This document shows positions 10,314-21,025 of a stretch of 64,000 bases of DNA, in pieces. The translations under genes were made by a program, and so were the position numbers. The notes beneath the pieces were generated by a model. It was not told the origin of the DNA, made no database searches, and saw only the letters and a program-made list of their open reading frames with translations. Source of the stretch: Methanoregula sp. (GTDB lineage Archaea; Halobacteriota; Methanomicrobia; Methanomicrobiales; Methanospirillaceae); contig JBDKTL010000030.1 of the NCBI GenBank assembly GCA_039698055.1, positions 1-64,000 on the forward strand. The letters are read 5' to 3'. How positions within the stretch are numbered: the stretch's first letter is position 1; every line of letters begins with the position of its first letter.

Positions 10314-11726
10314 TTATCCTTTGCATGAGGAGGGATAAGGGTACCGTTTATTCAGGTCTTCTGCACAGGCATTCATTTCAGCGATATCATCAATTGCATG
10401 AATATAGATGGCAGACGTGCTCTTATAGGCACTTAAAAGTGCATTGATCCGGCATGCGGTTTCATCACCGTCAACAAAGCACATGTCGGGAGTGATCCGC
10501 CCAAAGGTTTCATCGAATTGTTCCTGAAGAGATGTGGGGCAGGCACCGGCATAGCAGAGTCTTTGCTGCACAATAACCAGAACAACGCCCCGCTGGCGGG
10601 CATGCGATTCTTCCGCTACGCGGAAAGTACTGTACTCCTCGTCTCCAAAACGGTTCAGAAAACTCTGATAAAGGGGATCGGCGCGCTGACGGAGTTCGGC
10701 AACAAACCGGCCTAAGGGGAGCGTAAGATTTTTCGCATACTTCTCTTCAACAGCGGTTTTAAGATCCGAGAAAGCCGGCATGGATAAAACATCTGCAAGG
10801 ATTCTCGTGGATTTCCCAAAAACATCTCTTTTGACGCCGGTCAGGTAGTGCAGGGGAACAGGTTTGAAATAGAGTGTTTTTGCCGCATACGGGACCGTGA
10901 TCGATCCATCTTTCATGGCAGGAAATGATACGGGAACATCCTCAACCGCAAGGGAGTTGGCACTTCTTTTTGGGGATTTGATAAGGGGCAGGGACGAGCG
11001 TCCCGATACGCCAGAAGATGTTGATCTCTTTGACGGGACTGCCTGTGACATGACAGCCCAGTCGTCAGAAGACCGGCAGGTGTTCAGGAGGGATCGCCAG
11101 CGCGGGTCAGCGATCCGGGCAATCGATACGAGCCGGAACTGGTCTTTTTCCGGGATGAATTTCGCACCGCAATGGGTGCAGTCATAATAAAAATCCGTGG
11201 GGGGGATCCCATAGAGCCGTTTCCCGACAATGGTCTGGAGAATGCCGGTTTTACAGACCGGGCATTTCCCCAGCCACGCGGTGTCAGTCTCCGGTACGGA
11301 AGGTGATGGCGAGGGGGTATAATGCTGGGGCAGGGGAGCAGCGTTATGCCATGAAAATGCCGTGATGAGCCTGATGCCCCGGGTCCGGCTGTGATTCGTG
11401 CGATCGAGAACTTCAATCGATTCAGCGATACCCGCCTCAATCAGGACACTGGCAATAACCGATGCCACAGCGCTTTCAGGATTGCCGAGGCGTTGTTCAA
11501 GGCACCCGGCAAGGTCTTCTTTTGATGCCCCGGGACTTTTTGCTATCCTGACCGGAAGCGTTTTTGTCGGTTCCGCATTGAGGCATTCAAGGGCAATCCC
11601 GACAACCGCCGTCGTGATGGTAATATTGTTTTTAACAAAGGGAACCGGTTCGACGCGCCGGCTGATGGTTTCGCATGCCAGAGCACAAAGCTCCGACGGA
11701 ATCGGGAAGAACTGGGGGGTTGCCAT
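10314..11726 (-). CDS. Hypothetical protein with a central zinc ribbon and a possible degenerate GIY-YIG-like C-terminal domain
   Basis: CPVCK...CTHCG, and C-terminal RGVVL..LCYAG..FGRITPDMCFVDG..TACRINA. Confidence 0.65.
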   Translation of the reverse strand: MATPQFFPIPSELCALACETISRRVEPVPFVKNNITITTAVVGIALECLNAEPTKTLPVRIAKSPGASKEDLAGCLEQRLGNPESAVASVIASVLIEAGIAESIEVLDRTNHSRTRGIRLITAFSWHNAAPLPQHYTPSPSPSVPETDTAWLGKCPVCKTGILQTIVGKRLYGIPPTDFYYDCTHCGAKFIPEKDQFRLVSIARIADPRWRSLLNTCRSSDDWAVMSQAVPSKRSTSSGVSGRSSLPLIKSPKRSANSLAVEDVPVSFPAMKDGSITVPYAAKTLYFKPVPLHYLTGVKRDVFGKSTRILADVLSMPAFSDLKTAVEEKYAKNLTLPLGRFVAELRQRADPLYQSFLNRFGDEEYSTFRVAEESHARQRGVVLVIVQQRLCYAGACPTSLQEQFDETFGRITPDMCFVDGDETACRINALLSAYKSTSAIYIHAIDDIAEMNACAEDLNKRYPYPSSCKG

Positions 11727-12103
11727 GATATGTCCACGCTGTTCTTATTAATTGGAAAGGAAACAGGATAAACACTTGGTGGACAGCAAGGCATATTCCT
11801 GTGGTTCCCGGGTCATCATGGTTGCAGGGAGGCACCGTGTAAGACAAACCGGTTCCATTTACGACGGATATTGGCAATATCCGGGTGAATAAACGACCGG
11901 AAACCTGAATGCGCGGAAAATTTAAAAACTGTATGCAGCCCGCGGGCGACACACCAAAGCGATGAAAAATTTTCATACATTCATAAATTTCGGTTTGTAC
12001 AATCAATCATCAACAGCATCCAATTTTTTTAATAACGAGGATTCCCCGCATCAGGGCCTCTTTTTAGGCACGGCGGGGCAACGTTGTCATAAGTATTGGT
12101 CAC

Positions 12104-12150
12104 GTGATCCGCCGCGGGGGCGTCCCCTCGGGGGCGGCGGCATGCATCAC
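12104..12150. repeat. GC-rich REP-like palindrome or stem-loop downstream of convergent sucD
   Basis: GTGAT-CCGCCGC ... GCGGCGG-catgc-ATCAC inverted arms with an inner GGGG/CCCC hairpin. Confidence 0.5.
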
Positions 12151-12253
12151 CATTTTTTAAAAAGAATAGGCGGCTTACTTATCCATCAATTTTCTTTTTT
12201 TATGAATCATCAATAGTCAATAAATTTCAAATTTTTCATGAAAAAAAATGTGA

Positions 12254-13129
12254 TTAACAGGTCCGGAACAATTCCCGCACCATCTCCGGGATCTCGGATA
12301 CCCTCGCCGCTACCGGCACGCCGGCGTTTTTGAGCCGGGCGATCTTTGAGCGGGCATCGCCTTCGCCACCCTCAACAATCGCACCGGCATGACCCATGCG
12401 CTTATCCGGCGGTGCTGATATCCCGGCGATATAGGAAACTATCGGAAGGTCGGTGGATTTTGCGCCTTCCTCTTCGAGATTTCCCCCCACTTCCCCGATA
12501 AGTACGACTGCCTTTGTCTGGGGGTCGTTCCCAAACTGCTCCAGCACATCCACAAATGTCTGGCCAATCACGGGATCGCCGCCGATCCCGACAACCGTGC
12601 TCTGCCCGATGCCGGCACGGGTCAGTTCGTCCACTACTTCATACGTGAGGGTGCCGCTCCGGGAGATCACGCCAACATTTCCCCGCGAGAACAAGCCTGA
12701 TGGCATAATCCCCATCTTCACCTCGCCGGGCGAAAGCAGGCCGGGACAATTCGGTCCAATGACCCTGCACCCTTCCATCTTTGCATAGGCAATTGCCTTC
12801 ATCGCGTCGTGCACGGGAATATGCTCGGTGATGGCAACAATTGTCCGGATACCGGCATGTGCTTCCTCCATGATCGCATCAGCTGCCGCCGCTGCGGGAA
12901 CAAAAATCACGCTTGCGGATATGTCGTGGTCCCGCATTGCTTCCCTGACGGTGTTATAGACCGGTACCCCATGCACTTCCCTGCCGCCTTTTCCGGGAGT
13001 TACGCCCGCGACGACACCCCTGCCGCCAACCTGCTGTGCATAGGCATTCATCAGGCCGATGTGGAACCCGCCCTGCTTTCCCGTGGCGCCCTGGACAAGG
13101 ATACCGGTTTTCTTATCGCCGTAGATCAT
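12254..13129 (-). CDS. sucD: Succinyl-CoA synthetase alpha subunit
   Basis: [24 protein letters not shown] and the phospho-His motif RMGHAGA. Confidence 0.97.
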   Translation of the reverse strand: MIYGDKKTGILVQGATGKQGGFHIGLMNAYAQQVGGRGVVAGVTPGKGGREVHGVPVYNTVREAMRDHDISASVIFVPAAAAADAIMEEAHAGIRTIVAITEHIPVHDAMKAIAYAKMEGCRVIGPNCPGLLSPGEVKMGIMPSGLFSRGNVGVISRSGTLTYEVVDELTRAGIGQSTVVGIGGDPVIGQTFVDVLEQFGNDPQTKAVVLIGEVGGNLEEEGAKSTDLPIVSYIAGISAPPDKRMGHAGAIVEGGEGDARSKIARLKNAGVPVAARVSEIPEMVRELFRTC

Positions 13130-14211
13130 GCCGTCACCTGCACAGCCTTTTTGACCACAAGGTCCATCGTGTCGAGCATTTCATAGCCTTTCTCGGAGAG
13201 CATCTTTCGCCCGGCCGCCTCGTTGGTTCCGGCGAGCCTGACAATCACTTTCTGGCGGATGCCTGCATCGATGATGCCTTTTGCCACTTCGTCACATTTT
13301 GTGATGCCGCCAAGCAGGTTCACGACAATGACCTTCACCCAAGGCACACTGGCAACCAGCCGGACGGCATGCATGACACGCTCGCTCTCCGCTCCACCGC
13401 CAACATCGAGGAAATTTGCCGCTTTGCCGCCATAGAACTCGATCAGATCCAGCGTCGCCATGGTCAGCCCGGCGCCGTTCCCAATCACACCGATACTCCC
13501 CCCGAGTTCGACATAGGAGAAACCACGTGCCTCTGCCTCGCGTTCGCGCTCGCTTAAATCCCGGTTGACCGTAATACCCTGCCGCCCGAGTGCGTTGTCG
13601 TCGATAATGAATTTTGCATCAGCGGCATACACGCCCTGCGGGGTGATGACCAGCGGGTTGATCTCCGCAAGTATCGCGTCCTTGTCACAGAATGCATGCC
13701 AGAGCCGGTTGATAACCTGGCCGACGTCTTTTGGTGCGCTGCCGATCAGTTCCCGGATCATGAAGGGGGGAAGATCCCGCATGAGGGGATTTGCCACAAC
13801 TTTTCGGATCGCCTCGGGATGTTCCTTTGCCGTGATCTCGATCTCGACCCCACCGGCATCGGAAAAAAGAACGAGCGGCTGCTTGCTTGACCGGTCAACG
13901 GTGATAGAGAGATAGTATTCATGCTGGATTTCAAGGCGCTGTTCGATAAGGATCTCATGGACAGGAAGGCCTTTGATGGATTTATTGAAAAGTTCCTGCG
14001 CAAGGGAAACCGCATTCTGCGGGTTTGCCATCATAATGCCGCCGGCTTTCCCCCGTCCGCCAACATCCACCTGTGCCTTTAACACGATCCGCTCACCCAG
14101 TGCATCAAGGTGCGAGGGTATTTCATCGGCAGAGCGGATGAGAAATCCCGCAGGTACTGCAATCCCGAACTCCTTTACGACGTTTTTTGCTTCATGTTCC
14201 ACAAGTTTCAT
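13126..14211 (-). CDS. sucC: Succinyl-CoA synthetase beta subunit
   Basis: KAQV..GGRGKAGG, EINPL, NGAGLTMAT and ANFLDVGGGA. Confidence 0.97.
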   Translation of the reverse strand: MKLVEHEAKNVVKEFGIAVPAGFLIRSADEIPSHLDALGERIVLKAQVDVGGRGKAGGIMMANPQNAVSLAQELFNKSIKGLPVHEILIEQRLEIQHEYYLSITVDRSSKQPLVLFSDAGGVEIEITAKEHPEAIRKVVANPLMRDLPPFMIRELIGSAPKDVGQVINRLWHAFCDKDAILAEINPLVITPQGVYAADAKFIIDDNALGRQGITVNRDLSEREREAEARGFSYVELGGSIGVIGNGAGLTMATLDLIEFYGGKAANFLDVGGGAESERVMHAVRLVASVPWVKVIVVNLLGGITKCDEVAKGIIDAGIRQKVIVRLAGTNEAAGRKMLSEKGYEMLDTMDLVVKKAVQVTA

Positions 14212-14747
14212 GATGAACTATTCCCTCCGGCAAGTTCGATCCCGAGTTTCATTGCTTTCTGGTTGAGTGATTCTGTCCCTTTGGGAACGGAATCAAGGAT
14301 TGCTTTCTCAAGCGCCGTTTCGCTGACAACATGCGTCAGCCCGACCAGCGCCCCGAGCATGACAATATTTGCAACAATGGGTTTCCCAAGCACCTGCTTT
14401 GCCTGTTCGGTTGCCGGGATCTCGTAACAGGTGCAGTCCGGGCGCGAATGAACGAGCGTTGAATCGACAAACATTACCGCTTCAGGCTGTGCCTGCGCAC
14501 CATATTTCTCGAATCCTTCCTGGGACATGATCACGTAGATGTCAGGTAATGTCACCTTGGGGAACAGGATCGGGTCGTCGTCAATGATCACTGCGCTCAT
14601 CGATGCACCGCCCCGGGCTTCGGGGCCATACACCTGTGTCTGCACCGCGAACTTGCTGTCGTACATTACCGCGGCCCGCCCGAGGATAACAGCCGAGAGG
14701 ATGATTCCCTGTCCTCCAAAACCGGAGAACCGCACTGCCCGCCTCAT
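14208..14747 (-). CDS. korC: 2-oxoglutarate:ferredoxin oxidoreductase gamma subunit
   Basis: GFGGQG, YGPEARGG and NIVMLGA, in operon context. Confidence 0.9.
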   Translation of the reverse strand: MRRAVRFSGFGGQGIILSAVILGRAAVMYDSKFAVQTQVYGPEARGGASMSAVIIDDDPILFPKVTLPDIYVIMSQEGFEKYGAQAQPEAVMFVDSTLVHSRPDCTCYEIPATEQAKQVLGKPIVANIVMLGALVGLTHVVSETALEKAILDSVPKGTESLNQKAMKLGIELAGGNSSS

Positions 14748-15532
14748 GGTTTTCCCCCCATTGCCGGCCGGTTGCGCCGGATAAGATCCCCGACAACGTA
14801 CATATCTTCCGGCACCGCTTCGCCCTGTTCAATCAGCCGGTCACGCTTTATCTTCATCAGGGAATGCGCCTTTAAGTATTCGACCTGGTCGGCAACCTGT
14901 TTGAACTTGTTCCGGCGCCCGAAATTCGTCGGGCATTGGGTCATCGCCTCGATAAAGGAGAACCCGGGGGTCTCAAGCCCGGTTTTTATGGCTTTTTCGA
15001 GCTCCCGGACATGATACGATGTCCAGCGGGCAACATAATTTGCCCCGGCAGCGATTGCCAGATCGCACAAATCAAAAGCCGGTTCCGTGCACCCGTACGG
15101 TGTGGTCGTGGAAAAACATCCCTTTGGGGTTGTCGGGCTCCCCTGCCCGCCGGTCATTCCGTAGATCTGGTTGTTCATGCAGACCACGGTTATATCGATA
15201 TTCCGCCGGCAGGCATGGATAAAGTGATTTCCGCCAATCGCGGCAAGATCGCCGTCACCGGTAAAGACGACGACGTTGAGGGCGGGGTTTGCCATCTTGA
15301 CACCGGTGGCAAAGGCAAGCGCCCGCCCGTGCGTTGTATGCAGGGAATCGGTGACGATATAACCGGGGGCACGGGAAGAGCACCCGATGCCGGACACAAA
15401 AACCGTATCCTTTTTTGACCATCCCATCTGGTCAACCGCAGCCAGCGTGCAGTTGATAATCGTACCATTGCCACAGCCGGCACAGTAGATATGCGGCAAC
15501 CGGTCCTGCCGGAACCAGTCCGCCATGCTCAT
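14744..15532 (-). CDS. korB: 2-oxoglutarate:ferredoxin oxidoreductase beta subunit
   Basis: CAGCG, SGIGCS, the GDGD TPP motif and NNQIYGMTGGQ. Confidence 0.92.
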   Translation of the reverse strand: MSMADWFRQDRLPHIYCAGCGNGTIINCTLAAVDQMGWSKKDTVFVSGIGCSSRAPGYIVTDSLHTTHGRALAFATGVKMANPALNVVVFTGDGDLAAIGGNHFIHACRRNIDITVVCMNNQIYGMTGGQGSPTTPKGCFSTTTPYGCTEPAFDLCDLAIAAGANYVARWTSYHVRELEKAIKTGLETPGFSFIEAMTQCPTNFGRRNKFKQVADQVEYLKAHSLMKIKRDRLIEQGEAVPEDMYVVGDLIRRNRPAMGGKP

Positions 15533-16632
15533 GGTGAGCCTGCCTCCAGTACGGCTGCAAGTTCTGCCGGTGTGTGTAACTCTCCGCCAAGTTTTGGAAC
15601 ACTTGTGACAGGAACATCCACGTGACGCTCAATCTCACGCGCAATCTGGCCGAGGTTGAGTTCCGGCACGATAAACCGGCGGGCATGCCGGAAGAGTGCA
15701 AGTGCATGATCGGGAAACGGCCAGACAACACGAAGCCGCAGGAACCCAATCGAAGTATCCGGGTGGTCAAAAAGCACCTGCTGGACGGTGCGGACAGGAG
15801 CGCCATAAGCAATAAAGACCTGTTCCGCATCCGGGTTGATCACATCAAAGTCCGCAATCTTCTCCCGTGCGGATTCAACTTTATCCACCAGCCGGTGTAC
15901 GAGCGCCGAATGCAGGCCGGGATTTGTCGCACACGGGTATCCCCGCTCATCGTGGGTGAGCCCGGTTACATGCGTCCCGTACCCTTTGCCGAACCGGGGG
16001 AACCCCGGAATGAGATCGCTCTCCGCTTTGAAAGGCAGCGTTCCCGGGATGTATTCTTTCCGGCCGGTATGCGGGACTGAATCCGGAACAATGATGCGTT
16101 CCCGCATATGCCCCACGATTTCATCTGCCATCAGGAAAACCGGCACCCGGTACTGGTCTGCAAGGTTGAATGCAGAAACCGTAAGGTCGTACATTTCCTG
16201 CACGCTCGCAGGACAGAGCGCAATGATGGAGTAATCGCCCTGCGATCCAAACCGGCACTGCATCATGTCGCCCTGTGCTGCCATCGTCGGCTGGCCGGTT
16301 GATGGCCCGCCGCGCTGCACGTTCACCACAACACAGGGAGTTTCCGTCATAGCCGCATACCCGATATTTTCCATCATCAGGGAAAAGCCCGGGCCACTGG
16401 TTGCGGTCATTGCCCGGGCGCCCGTCCATGAAGCCCCGATCACCGAAGCGATGCTTGCAAGTTCGTCCTCCATCTGGATGAACACACCGCCCCTTTTAGG
16501 GAGTTTTGCCGCCATATGCTCGGCAACTTCCGTTGAAGGCGTGATGGGATAACCGCCAAAAAAATTACACTTTGCTGCCAGTGCTCCTTCTGCACAAGCG
16601 ATATTTCCCTGCCAGAATTCAGTCCGTGTCAA
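15529..16632 (-). CDS. korA: 2-oxoglutarate:ferredoxin oxidoreductase alpha subunit
   Basis: GYPITPSTE, QMEDE, TSGPG and QRGGPSTG. Confidence 0.92.
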   Translation of the reverse strand: MTRTEFWQGNIACAEGALAAKCNFFGGYPITPSTEVAEHMAAKLPKRGGVFIQMEDELASIASVIGASWTGARAMTATSGPGFSLMMENIGYAAMTETPCVVVNVQRGGPSTGQPTMAAQGDMMQCRFGSQGDYSIIALCPASVQEMYDLTVSAFNLADQYRVPVFLMADEIVGHMRERIIVPDSVPHTGRKEYIPGTLPFKAESDLIPGFPRFGKGYGTHVTGLTHDERGYPCATNPGLHSALVHRLVDKVESAREKIADFDVINPDAEQVFIAYGAPVRTVQQVLFDHPDTSIGFLRLRVVWPFPDHALALFRHARRFIVPELNLGQIAREIERHVDVPVTSVPKLGGELHTPAELAAVLEAGSP

Positions 16633-16901
16633 TATTCAATCGCCACCTTTTTTGGTTCATAGGGCTCTTCCTCAACCCAGTGGATTGCCTGGTCCGGACA
16701 GGTCAGCTGGCAGACCCCGCAGAGCGTGCGGCCATAAAGGTTCTGGAGCCGGCAGTTGGTGCAGCGCTCCGGCCGATCAAGTTCAGGAATCACAATACCC
16801 CGGCGGTTGGGTCGTTTCCCTTCCCTGAAGATCCGGTACGGGCATACTTTTGTACACAGGTTGCACCCCTTGCACCGGTTTTCATCGATGGCGAGTCTCA
16901 T
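16629..16901 (-). CDS. korD: 2-oxoglutarate:ferredoxin oxidoreductase delta (ferredoxin) subunit
   Basis: CKGCNLCTKVCP and a second 4Fe-4S motif, directly upstream of korA. Confidence 0.85.
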   Translation of the reverse strand: MRLAIDENRCKGCNLCTKVCPYRIFREGKRPNRRGIVIPELDRPERCTNCRLQNLYGRTLCGVCQLTCPDQAIHWVEEEPYEPKKVAIEY

Positions 16902-16981
16902 GTACCGCGTCCTATCGTATAATGTAGCAGGTGAGGTGAAAAAAACCTATTCTTTATACGCATTCGTCCATGTCCCTGTAA

Positions 16982-17533
16982 TTACGAGGTGTACTGCTCA
17001 AATGCCCTTGCCGCATTTATTTTTGCTGCTTCAAAGATATCATTTCCCTGCGCATCTATTCCCACGACAAGCGGAAGCCGGTCGAGTTCGATCACCCATA
17101 CTGCTTCAGCCATGCCGAGTTCGGCAAAGTGAACACCCCGAAGGATCATATGGGATGCCGCAAGAGCAGCACAACCACCGGTGAAGGCAAGATAGACACC
17201 CCGCCCTTTGAGCTGTTCACGCACGAGGCTCCCCATGCCGCCTTTGCCAATCAGCGCCCGGACACCCTTGTCGAGCAGGAAACCGGAGAGGTTGTTTAAC
17301 CGGGCTGATGTTGTCGGGCCGGCTGCAAGGATACGGTCTCCCTGCACCACCGGGCCGCAATGGTAGATCACCGCACCCTCCGGGTCAAACGGGATTCCCG
17401 TTTCCTGCATGTGCAGGTGTGCCTCGTCCCGGGCGGTGTAGACAATCCCGGAGAGTTCGACATGATCTCCCGCGTGAAGCAAAAGGACTTCATCTCCAAG
17501 AGGAGTCTGCAACTGCACGACCGGGCTTGTCAT
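16982..17533 (-). CDS. Fe-S hydro-lyase (fumarate hydratase class I) beta subunit
   Basis: YTARDEAH, HCGP, GPTTS and IGKGG. Confidence 0.9.
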   Translation of the reverse strand: MTSPVVQLQTPLGDEVLLLHAGDHVELSGIVYTARDEAHLHMQETGIPFDPEGAVIYHCGPVVQGDRILAAGPTTSARLNNLSGFLLDKGVRALIGKGGMGSLVREQLKGRGVYLAFTGGCAALAASHMILRGVHFAELGMAEAVWVIELDRLPLVVGIDAQGNDIFEAAKINAARAFEQYTS

Positions 17534-18366
17534 ATCTTCACCTCAACGGTTGCCCTCCGGCATGCCCAGCACTGCACGTTCACGGCCACCGGCAGGGACG
17601 CCGTATGGCAACCGGCAGTTTTCACTTTGACCGCAAGCGCAGTTGTGTCCCCGCCAAGACCCATCGGCCCGATGCCCAGCCGGTTTACTGCATCGCAGAG
17701 CTGCTGTTCAAACGCAGTCATCTCGTCAATGGGCAGAAGAAGAGATTCTTTTGCAAGCGCAGCAGCGCCATCGAAGGTCCCGCCAATACCAACACCAAGA
17801 ACGACCGGCGGGCAGGGTTTGCCACCGGCAAGGAGCATGGTCTCGACAACGACCTTCTCGATCTGGTCTTTTTCAGACGGGAGCAACATCACAATCCGCG
17901 ACACGTTCTCTGCACCCGCGCCTTTGGGAAGAACGGTAACCGTAAACTGTTCTCCGGGCACGACATGGATCGCCGGCATCCCATCTCCGGTATTATCCCC
18001 GGAATTTTTCCGGGTGAACGGATCGACCACGTTCGGGCGGAGGGGCACTTCCCGCGTGGCTTTCCGGATACCTTCGCGGACTGCCTCATACAACAGTTCC
18101 GAAAACCCGATATTTTCCGGGAGGGTGAGATAGACCACCGGGACACCGGTATCCTGGCACAGCGGCAGACCGAGTCGTTCTGCTTCACGGATATTTTTGA
18201 GAATATTTACAAATTCACCCTGTGCGACCGGATCGCCTTCATCTGCTGCCGCCCGCGAGATTGCCCGCTTCACATCCGGAGGTAGACAGATGACTGCCTG
18301 CTGCATTGCGGTAAACGTTGCCTGCGCAAGCGCCGCACTGACTTTTTTGTCGGCCACGGTCTGCAT
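17530..18366 (-). CDS. Fe-S hydro-lyase (fumarate hydratase class I) alpha subunit
   Basis: PLCQDTG, PKGAGAEN, PCPP..GVGIGG and QCWACR. Confidence 0.9.
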   Translation of the reverse strand: MQTVADKKVSAALAQATFTAMQQAVICLPPDVKRAISRAAADEGDPVAQGEFVNILKNIREAERLGLPLCQDTGVPVVYLTLPENIGFSELLYEAVREGIRKATREVPLRPNVVDPFTRKNSGDNTGDGMPAIHVVPGEQFTVTVLPKGAGAENVSRIVMLLPSEKDQIEKVVVETMLLAGGKPCPPVVLGVGIGGTFDGAAALAKESLLLPIDEMTAFEQQLCDAVNRLGIGPMGLGGDTTALAVKVKTAGCHTASLPVAVNVQCWACRRATVEVKI

Positions 18367-18515
18367 TCATGTATACTTGAGCGGCAGGGATTATTATCTT
18401 CCTGTTCACGTGTGCCCGCAAAAGAGGGGAAAAGAGATCTTAACCTGTGCCGGAAGCGTTGGCATCCAGAGAGAATTCCGGGGAAAAAGTATAAAAAAAA
18501 GTGCGAGGGGAAGAG

Positions 18516-19271
18516 TTAGTGGGCTTTGCCGCCCTTTGCCGGCTTTCCACCCTTGTGGTCCCCGGCTTTTGCATCGGCACCCTTTGCGGCAGGTTCGGCA
18601 CCTTTTGCAGGTTCTGCACCCTTGTGCTCTGCGCCCTTGTGTGCGCCTTTTGCATCGGCTCCCTTTGCGGCAGGTTCAGCTGCTGCCTCTGCCTCAACCA
18701 CCGGTTTTGCCGCTTCGGTGATCTTGTCGCCGGCAAACTTGGGTGCTGCGACAATCTTACCGCTGACCTTGATCGTGTGCATCTTCAGGTGGGAAGGACT
18801 CGGGAGTTTGTGGGCCCCGTTTCTCATTGCTTCCTTTACCTTGTCAAGGTACTGGGGGGTGGTAAAGACGGTCATGATGAGCTGGCCGGCTTCAACCCGT
18901 GCTGCTGTGCCGACTGCTTTCCCAAATGCAAGGCGCATACCTTCAGAAACACGGTCAGCACCAGCGCCGGTTGCCTGCTTGTTCTCACGCAGGACATGGT
19001 GCGGGAAGACGCGGACCTTGAAATGGAAGTTCATCCTGCCGACATCCTTGAGAAGTTTACGGTTGATCGAGATACGGCATGCTTCAAGTGCGCTGTGCCG
19101 GATCTGGCAGGTCTCTTCCACGACCAGATCGATTTCAGTGGGAAATTCCTGGGAAAGGTTTCCCATTTCGAACTGGACAATCTTATTTCCGGGAACCCCG
19201 CCCATATATTCACGTCGTGTATAGGCCTTTTTTGCAAGATTCCTGTACATCCTTGCCGGTTTTCTTACCAT
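18516..19271 (-). CDS. rpl10e: 50S ribosomal protein L10e (uL16) with a long Ala/Lys/Gly-rich C-terminal extension
   Basis: [10 protein letters not shown]...[27 protein letters not shown]. Confidence 0.96.
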   Translation of the reverse strand: MVRKPARMYRNLAKKAYTRREYMGGVPGNKIVQFEMGNLSQEFPTEIDLVVEETCQIRHSALEACRISINRKLLKDVGRMNFHFKVRVFPHHVLRENKQATGAGADRVSEGMRLAFGKAVGTAARVEAGQLIMTVFTTPQYLDKVKEAMRNGAHKLPSPSHLKMHTIKVSGKIVAAPKFAGDKITEAAKPVVEAEAAAEPAAKGADAKGAHKGAEHKGAEPAKGAEPAAKGADAKAGDHKGGKPAKGGKAH

Positions 19272-19394
19272 CGCGTCCTACTCCTGTGATATAATAGTAA
19301 AAGCGGGCACGCGCAAACCCTTAATAGTCAGGGAAACCGTGCCGGTACGCTTCACAAACTGCTTTAATAAAATGGAGATATGGCGTATTAAACC

Positions 19395-20153
19395 TTACTG
19401 GAGATGGCATTTCTGGTTGATAAGGTCAAGTACATATCTTCGGACTTTGGCAAATTCCACGCTGGTCCGGTCACGGGGCCGGGGCTGGTCAATGGAGATG
19501 ATATCGCAGATGCGCCCCGGACGAGGTGTCAGGACGACGATCCGGTCTGCAAGGAAGACCGCTTCATCGACACTGTGAGTCACAAACAGGATCGTCTTTT
19601 TTGTTTTCTGCCAGATATCCAGCAGTTCGTTCTGGAGCATGTTGCGTGTCTGGGCATCGAGAGCGCCAAACGGCTCATCCATTAACAGCACCGTTGGTTC
19701 TACGGCAAGCGCCCGGACAACGGCAACCCGCTGGCGCATGCCTCCTGAAAGTTCATACGGGTAATGGGTATCAAACTCAGTAAGCCCGGCAAGAGCAAGA
19801 TATTTTGCCACAATCTGGTCCTGCCGGTCTTTTGTCACACCATGCAGTTCAAGACCAAAGGCAATATTCTCCTTTACTGTGCGCCACGGGTACAGGGAAT
19901 AATCCTGGAAAATCATGCCAAGCTTCTGGTTGGGGCGGTCAATTTGGGTCCCGTCAATATTGACTGTGCCGGAATCGGGATGCTCAAGCCCGGCGATAAT
20001 GCGAAGAAGCGTGGTTTTGCCACACCCTGATGGCCCAAGGATACAGATAAATTCCGAGTTCCCGATCTCAAGGCCGATATCTGCAAGCGCCGGGACGGTT
20101 TCCTGTCCGTTTTTTGCAAACTGCTTGGTGAGATGCTCAACTTTCAGGGTCAT
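19395..20153 (-). CDS. ABC transporter ATP-binding protein (nitrate/sulfonate/bicarbonate family)
   Basis: GPSGCGKT, LSGGMRQR, MDEPFGALD and THSVDEA. The start could alternatively be 20171. Confidence 0.93.
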   Translation of the reverse strand: MTLKVEHLTKQFAKNGQETVPALADIGLEIGNSEFICILGPSGCGKTTLLRIIAGLEHPDSGTVNIDGTQIDRPNQKLGMIFQDYSLYPWRTVKENIAFGLELHGVTKDRQDQIVAKYLALAGLTEFDTHYPYELSGGMRQRVAVVRALAVEPTVLLMDEPFGALDAQTRNMLQNELLDIWQKTKKTILFVTHSVDEAVFLADRIVVLTPRPGRICDIISIDQPRPRDRTSVEFAKVRRYVLDLINQKCHLQ

Positions 20154-20947
20154 CGCTCCATCTCCCTCCATACAAAGAACCGGCGATCGACAACTTTGAA
20201 CAGGTAATCAAAACCGATCCCGATGATGCCGATCACGATCATGCCCGCGATGATCACGGGTACCTGCCCCCAATTATAGGAGGACATGATCAGGTACCCG
20301 AGCCCGGAGTTTGTGCCCGGCATCATCTCTGCGGCGACCACGCACATCCACGATATGCCAAAACCAACCCGCAGTCCCGTCCAGATGGTCGGCGCTGCGC
20401 CAGGAAGAATCACGCGCGACAGGATCTGGTGCTCCTTTGCACCAAGGATCTCGGCGGCTTCAATCCAGGTCTTCTTCACGCCTTTTACACCGTCAAGGGT
20501 GTTTAAGAGAATGGGGAAAAATGCACCCATTCCGATGATAAAAACCATGGACAAAAGACCGATCTTGAACCATGCAAGGGCAAGCGGTACCCAGGCTAGC
20601 GGCGGGATGGGGCGCAGGAGCTGCATAACCGAATCAAAGAGTTCGTGAAGGATCTCCGATCGTCCCATGCCGATACCAAGAGGAATGGCGATTGCCGCGG
20701 CAACAAGGAACCCGGCGATGACCCGTTCAAGACTGATAACAGCATTATCAACGAGGTTGCCGCTGCCAAGGATGTCAACGGTGGGGTTAATGAGAACAGC
20801 AATTACCGATTCCAGGCGCGGAAGGATAAAGGGATTATTCAGCGCGATGGCGAGGGCTTCCCAGCCAATGATAATCGCTGCAGGAATGATAAATTTCAGG
20901 ACAGATCGCCACTGGAACGATCGGAACTTGACACGAAAGCCGTTCAT
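20150..20947 (-). CDS. ABC transporter permease (SsuC/TauC type)
   Basis: RPIPPLAWVPL, EAA loop (IEAAEILGA) and VAAEM..GLGY. Confidence 0.93.
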   Translation of the reverse strand: MNGFRVKFRSFQWRSVLKFIIPAAIIIGWEALAIALNNPFILPRLESVIAVLINPTVDILGSGNLVDNAVISLERVIAGFLVAAAIAIPLGIGMGRSEILHELFDSVMQLLRPIPPLAWVPLALAWFKIGLLSMVFIIGMGAFFPILLNTLDGVKGVKKTWIEAAEILGAKEHQILSRVILPGAAPTIWTGLRVGFGISWMCVVAAEMMPGTNSGLGYLIMSSYNWGQVPVIIAGMIVIGIIGIGFDYLFKVVDRRFFVWREMER

Positions 20948-21025
20948 GAAAGCAGGAATCCCTATATACGTTTACCAATCGGCACTAAAAAAAGAATGCG
21001 GGGAGATTTTTTTACCGCCATGGGA

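Noticed and set aside
18501-19289. Long plus-strand ORFs opposite rpl10e
   Set aside because: Antisense shadows of a biased, repetitive coding sequence.
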